A model generated the notes under the pieces. That model saw only the letters and a list, made by a program, of their open reading frames with translations. It had not been told where the DNA came from and did not search any database. Both the position numbers and the translations under genes were made by a program. A stretch of 64,000 nt of DNA from positions 27,172,628 through 27,236,627 of the forward strand of contig OZ037767.1 in the NCBI GenBank assembly GCA_964035545.1, in the 5' to 3' direction. Numbering within the stretch: the stretch's first letter is position 1; every line of letters starts with the position of its first letter. Positions 1 to 64,000 of this stretch are shown here, in pieces. Source of the stretch: Bugula neritina (Eukaryota; Animalia; Bryozoa).

Positions 1-46823
<46,823 letters not shown>

Positions 46824-48134
46824 AATGTGATTTGTACAATTTCAAAGGCAGATAGCTGCATATATTAGTAACATATCTCTTACTAGTCTTATAGATCATA
46901 TATTATTATTTTATTTGTAATGTAGTATTATTGTGGCACTGGTTTTAAAAACATTTGCCTATATGACGGCAATATCTATAAATTAGGCAAATTAAGATAC
47001 ATTATTTTCTCACTTTTTCTTTAATAATGTATATGTACTGCGCTTTATGACATTCAATGAAGTATTTGTGTTTATTTAATTTTTCATTTCTGATATTTTC
47101 AACCTCTGTGCCATTTGTTTCAACTTAATTTGTATATTTAAAATAGTGGAAATGTTAGATGTTAGTCTATTGTATTAATTATTAATATGCTTACCAGGAA
47201 AAATAGTGTGTGATAGCTCCGTATGTTGTCTATAATAATTCATGTATTTTATTCAAAAATCAGCTGATTAAATTTTGCTTTCTTCAATTCTTTCTCCACA
47301 CTCTAAGCCCATTAGTTGAATAATTGTATGTCACAATTTTATTTTTTACCATTTTTGGGCTCTATAATAGTAGATATTTTATGATCAAAAGAAGTAACAC
47401 ATCGATTCTATATGATTTCATACCGCTATAACATGATATGAAAATAATAATAAATTCTGATTATGTAAGTATTATATTTCTTGTTGATAATCTATACTTA
47501 TTGAACTAAAGACCAGCCTCTCTAGCTTTTTCTTTGCATAGAAATACAAAGTTGTTTTCAATTCCAGGACCATACTTACTCAACTCAACTTTTAAAAATA
47601 GATTAAACCAGCCCTCAAATTACGCAATTACATTACTTTATTCTGTAAAAGCTGACTCATTTCAAAAATGACATGCACATTTGTAAAGTATCTTATTGAC
47701 GTAAGGGGTAAGTATAAGCTTTTTATACCAATCAAATCATATTACAATGAATTCTTTTCAACAGCAGCTATACGATATTTATATAAAGCATATTGATATA
47801 TGAGTCATTGCTCAAGAGCTATATTTGTCTAGAATAAACAAATGAACAATATACCATTCAATTTGTAAGCATCAATAGCCTTGAATTTTTTAGCTAGCAT
47901 ACTTGTGGGTGGTGCTTGTAACGAGCCTTTTTTCATGTGACATGAAAAGATTTTTGTCTGTAATATTGATCCATGAGAAATTTGAATTCATTTGAGTTTA
48001 ACTAGCAAGACCAAAACACAGTGCTGTATATCATGCCTGAGTTGAGAATTACTTTATGCTGGTGGTAGAACTAATATCAGCTTAGCAAGAGTGTAGTGAA
48101 TATATTTTATCTGCAGAAAACTATAGAAGTCAAT

Positions 48135-59676
<11,542 letters not shown>

Positions 59677-60399
59677 GTTCTTTATACTATCTATAGTTTC
59701 TAATTAAGTACATGAAAAACTATGCCTACTATAAAGGACTTAAATTATTTATATAACTATATCAAGTTAAACTGTAATAATACTGATTATAAACTACACT
59801 TTTTGCATTTTTCTATATCATTCTTATGTATGCAAATTTATTTTGAACAAGCTTTTGCAAGGTCATGAAAAAAATCTTTGATATTAATGCCTTAATATCT
59901 TACATTTTGTAAAACCTTTATAAAAATACACTGTTAGAAAGAAAGTGAGACATTTTCAGTGCAGGCTTTATTTTATACTACAACTATGATCATGTAACCC
60001 TTTACCCTCTACAATCTAAACTCAGTCATGTTACCTCTAGTAATTTAACATTCAAGCTACTGAAGACATATCCTTAACTCTAGAATTATAAGCTACATAA
60101 CTAATGATTACAGCACTAGTTGAATTGCAAGTCATCACAATTTCAGAGTTATCTTTTCTTTATGTTACTGTGTAACGATTAAATCCAGAGCAGTTGTATG
60201 TTATTAAATACCGAAAAGCTAACGTATTGCTGCCGAAAGCATTTCAACAAACTGTTGGGAGCTGTTCAGGTCTAACAGAGTGCACTCAACTTCCAAGTCG
60301 CAAATCACAGATGTATACACTCGGGAATTCTGTTTCAGAAATTACACATCAATAGCCTTTTGAAGTGAGCATACAATTTTGTTTAAATAAATTAATCTA

Positions 60400-61100
60400 G
60401 CTTAAATATAACAAGCGGTTATGTTGTAATTTTAGCTATTGTATTATTGTAATGTATAAATTATATAATAATAACCAATAATGATTGAGTTTGATATAAG
60501 CATAATCATAATTTAAATTTACTTTGATTTTCAGTTTAAACTTTTAATTAATAGAAACTAAAAAGTTACCTTTAGTTTTACGTGATTCAGGTTGAGATTG
60601 GTGATGAAGTTAAACTGATAGTGATAAGCTGAAAGTAAAATTCACAAATCATAATCATGATGATGATAATCATAATGGTATTAAAAGTGATTGTAAAATA
60701 TCAGAATCATTGATACTCAATTATTTTAAGTAAATTTAATCATGACTTAATCATATTACTTATGAATATTTATATCAAGTATAAGAATGTATTGAGTATA
60801 AGTATAACATTAACTATTACTATTAGTAATACTAATAGTATTACTATTAGTATTAGTATTACTATTAGTATTGCATTTACTTAGTTTTAATAATAATAAG
60901 ATTTTTGGTATTTCAAATTAAATTTTAATTGTCATTTTGTTTCAAATGATAATAATTATAATGATACATATTGATATTGATTTTAATATTTGGTGTACAT
61001 TTAGTTATAAATGAATTATATTATTAATACTAATTATTACTTATATTTTTAATAGATAAGATACAATTTTATTTATTTTATCATGATTTACTAATTAAGA
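60400..61100. repeat. Very AT-rich low-complexity region with TATTAG/TATTAC repeats
   Basis: Direct inspection, e.g. 60815-60872. Confidence 0.7.
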
Positions 61101-61384
61101 TTTGCATTAGCAAAGGTGTAGCACATTTGTTGCTTTAATTTAAACATAATTTTGGAGTGAAATCTAGAAGCTTGGTTTTCTAAGGCTTTTGATGCATCAC
61201 ACTAGCCATTTATGTCTTGATCTCCTATCAGTAAGAAAAGCTTGTAATTTTATTTATGCAAAAAATACCAGCTTTCAAGACTCATTACAGATTCAAAATT
61301 GTATTGAAATATCTGCAGTCCTCATACAAAAACTAATATTTATTCAAAGTTGCTAAAAGAACCTTTGGGGCATTTTTAGATAAA

Positions 61385-63984
61385 ATGGCAGACATTCTTT
61401 CTGAAAAAGATGTGGTTTTGTTGTATCAAGCTATTGCTCTTGGCAAGGCGTCTAAGCTTGCCCAAGTAATATTTACTCTGGAGAATGTTATGGCATGTAT
61501 AAAGAGGCTTCTGATTGATACAGTTGAGAATAAACCTGCTGAAATAGAGGTAAGTTACGAGCCAAGAAAAGCTGCTTTATTTTTGCTCTATTTTTGTTCA
61601 ATTGATCTTGAAAGTGAAAGGTAAACATGATGTGATTTTGCATATTTAAAGCTTGTAATTTATGGTTTAATGCAGTTTTTGTCTTGTTGGTAATGGGCAC
61701 AATGTGTTCTATCATTTATTAATATTTTCTTTGATTATATTCATCAGAATGGTCAGCCTACTTCCAACGAACAATCTCCTATATTCAATAAAGAGGTGCC
61801 GCGAGTTAACTTAGCTGGTCAGCGTCTGAACCCTAAAGAGGAAACAACTCCTGCTGAAGCCATTGTGTTTCATCAAAAGCCCAGAAGTACAGAAATCTCT
61901 GGTGACTAAATTCTAACTGTTTAGTTAAATTTCTTCAACTGTGTGGAAGTTTCATTGCAGGAAACAAGTAACAACAAACGTTGATTATTAATAGATATCT
62001 AATTATTTTATTACATTTGATAGAGTGTAACGTTACAAAACATATGCTTCAGCTTGCTTTTTTGCTCCAGATGGTCACAACTTCTACCAGTGACATTATA
62101 ATTTATTAATTTGATATGCACAGTGTTTACTTTGATCTAGTAACCTGTTTATTTTGAAATATTTATTTTAGAAAATATCTCATTAGCCACAAAACTACAC
62201 AGCATGAATGTTGAAGCAAACTTCACTATGAATCCATGTAATGGTATATCTGATAGGAAAGGAAAAAGCAGAAAAGCTCTGCCAAGGCATGCTGGTATGT
62301 ATTATTCTAGTACATATCACTCACCAAAATTCATACCATTTGTCTCTCATCTGCTCTATGGCTTACAGTGCTTCTTAAAATAGTAAAAACCCCCCACCTT
62401 AAAATAGTAACACTTCTCATTGATATAATTTCTATTTATAATGTAAAGTTTATTAAGTTTTTAATTAGTATGAAAATATTCTTGCTTGGTTTTAACTTTT
62501 AGCTATTATTTTATATGTCTAAGTTGGTAAATTAAATTCTTTATTTCTATATGGTTATTTTGACTTTATTATTTCTGGTTTACAAAAAGTTGGAAATAAG
62601 TTTAGTTTTTAGCTTTGGCGCAATTCTAAAAGCATTTCCTGACATTGAAGAAGGTATACGGGGCTGATGTGTTGCCCCACCCACTTCATACTCATTGTGG
62701 TGGTTACTTTGCTATGTTTAGATACAAGTCTGTCGGAGCCAAAGTTTACTTGTGAGAAATGTGGGTATCAAACTAAGAGGAAGGATCACTATAAGAGGCA
62801 CTGTCTAACTCACACTGGAGACCGGCCCTTCAAGTGTCATCTTTGTACTTTCTCCTCTGTTGATAAATACCATCTTGTCCGCCATCTCAAGTCCTCCATG
62901 CATAGCAATGGTGGAAATGTGAGTATCTAGTATGTCTTTTGCTACCTGAAATCTTATTTGTTAATCTTTTCTGAATTGGTTAATGATTGAAGAACAGCCA
63001 CAGAGTGGGTGGGCCCTTCACCAATCAACAGGTTAGGTTAGCTGGCCAGAGGTGTCATCTCTTGTTACTTAGACTAGAGTATGTAGACTACTGCGAATAT
63101 TCTGTAGAGATCTCGGAGCAGCCAGTTGGAGTGCGGGTCATGTGACTACAAGACACACCAGCTGGGCAGAATGGAGAGACATAAGAGAACACACAGCGGA
63201 GAGAAGCCATTCGCCTGTAGTTACTGTGCATATAAAGCTGCTCAAAGAGCTACACTAGACAGACATCTACTAACCCACACAGGTCAGCCTGAAGTATTCC
63301 TGTGTCAGCATCTTTATAGAGGGTTCTGCAGTGTGTCTCTGTACCTAAATATCATTGTTTTGGAGTTTGATCTTGGGCTCAGGTTGGGAGGGAAACTATC
63401 TGTACCAGTAAACAGTCGTAACTTAGCCCTTAATTGTAAGTCAAGATTTGTAGAAGGTTGCCCCTTCTCATGTTTGGAAAGGGAAGCCCTCTACAACTAT
63501 TGTGAATACACGCATTATACGAGATAGTTTTGGTTCAAGCCTATCATGAACTCAATGTATCACCATCACTGTGTGGCCCTCATTCTATGTTGAGCAATAT
63601 TACTTGATTTGTAGGTGAAAAGCCCTTTAGCTGTGATAAATGTGATTATTCTGCAGCTGACACTAAAAGCCTTAGGTTCCACACTTTACAAAAACATGGT
63701 GATGGCGAAGTGCTACACAAATGCCCTGAATGTGAATACTCGACCCCTGTTCTACGGTATTACAAGGTCAGTAGATGTGAACTCCTTAGTTTTATATTCA
63801 ATATCTCATGTCAAACAATTCCCTTCCTTGTCATGTATGCTCCCACCTAATAAATTGTTGAGTGTGCTTCAACTTTGCTACTATTTCAGCTACATTTACG
63901 AACGCATTCAGAAGCACGCCCTTACCTCTGTGATATGTGTGGCTACTCGGCTAAGCGACCTCACGGGCTAACTAAACATTACAG
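61385..63984 (+). CDS. C2H2 zinc-finger protein (>=7 fingers), 3'-partial
   Basis: Exons 61385-61549, 61748-61901, 62172-62294, 62722-62918, 63108-63282, 63615-63766, 63890-63984, phase-consistent; Cx2Cx12Hx3-4H fingers with HTGDRPF, HSGEKPF and HTGEKPF linkers. The three 5' exons are less certain than the finger exons. Confidence 0.88.
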
Positions 63985-64000
63985 GTACTAATGAATGCTG

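Noticed and set aside
62613-62653. Extra zinc-finger gene exon
   Set aside because: In-frame TAA in the required phase.

Overview
AT-rich, intron-dense animal (invertebrate) genomic DNA. It is not prokaryotic, and most ORF-track entries are exon fragments or noise. I reconstructed three + strand multi-exon genes by hand from GT-AG sites and reading-frame continuity. (1) <1-46823: perlecan/HSPG2 (trol/unc-52 family), 5' end outside the window, with >=5 LDLa plus 2 Ig, two laminin-B/LE blocks, about 19 Ig domains and the LG-EGF-EGF-LG-EGF-EGF-LG domain V. (2) 48135-59676: a 14-exon CLCA-family type-I membrane protein. (3) 61385->64000: a C2H2 zinc-finger gene. Introns carry tRNA-derived SINE-like elements, MITE-like elements and microsatellites. 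The most notable observations are: a CLCA whose zincin motif reads HQxxH, which appears to lack the self-cleavage loop and has an RRERR furin-type site and a long cytoplasmic tail; a Dscam-like pair of mutually exclusive half-Ig exons in perlecan separated by a hairpin that competes with the donor site; a set of candidate frame-preserving microexons and cassette exons (6-219 nt), several with Rbfox/QKI-type motifs; and at least eight tandem arrays anchored exactly on splice junctions, with up to 18 copies of a donor site. All gene models are manual and have no transcript support.
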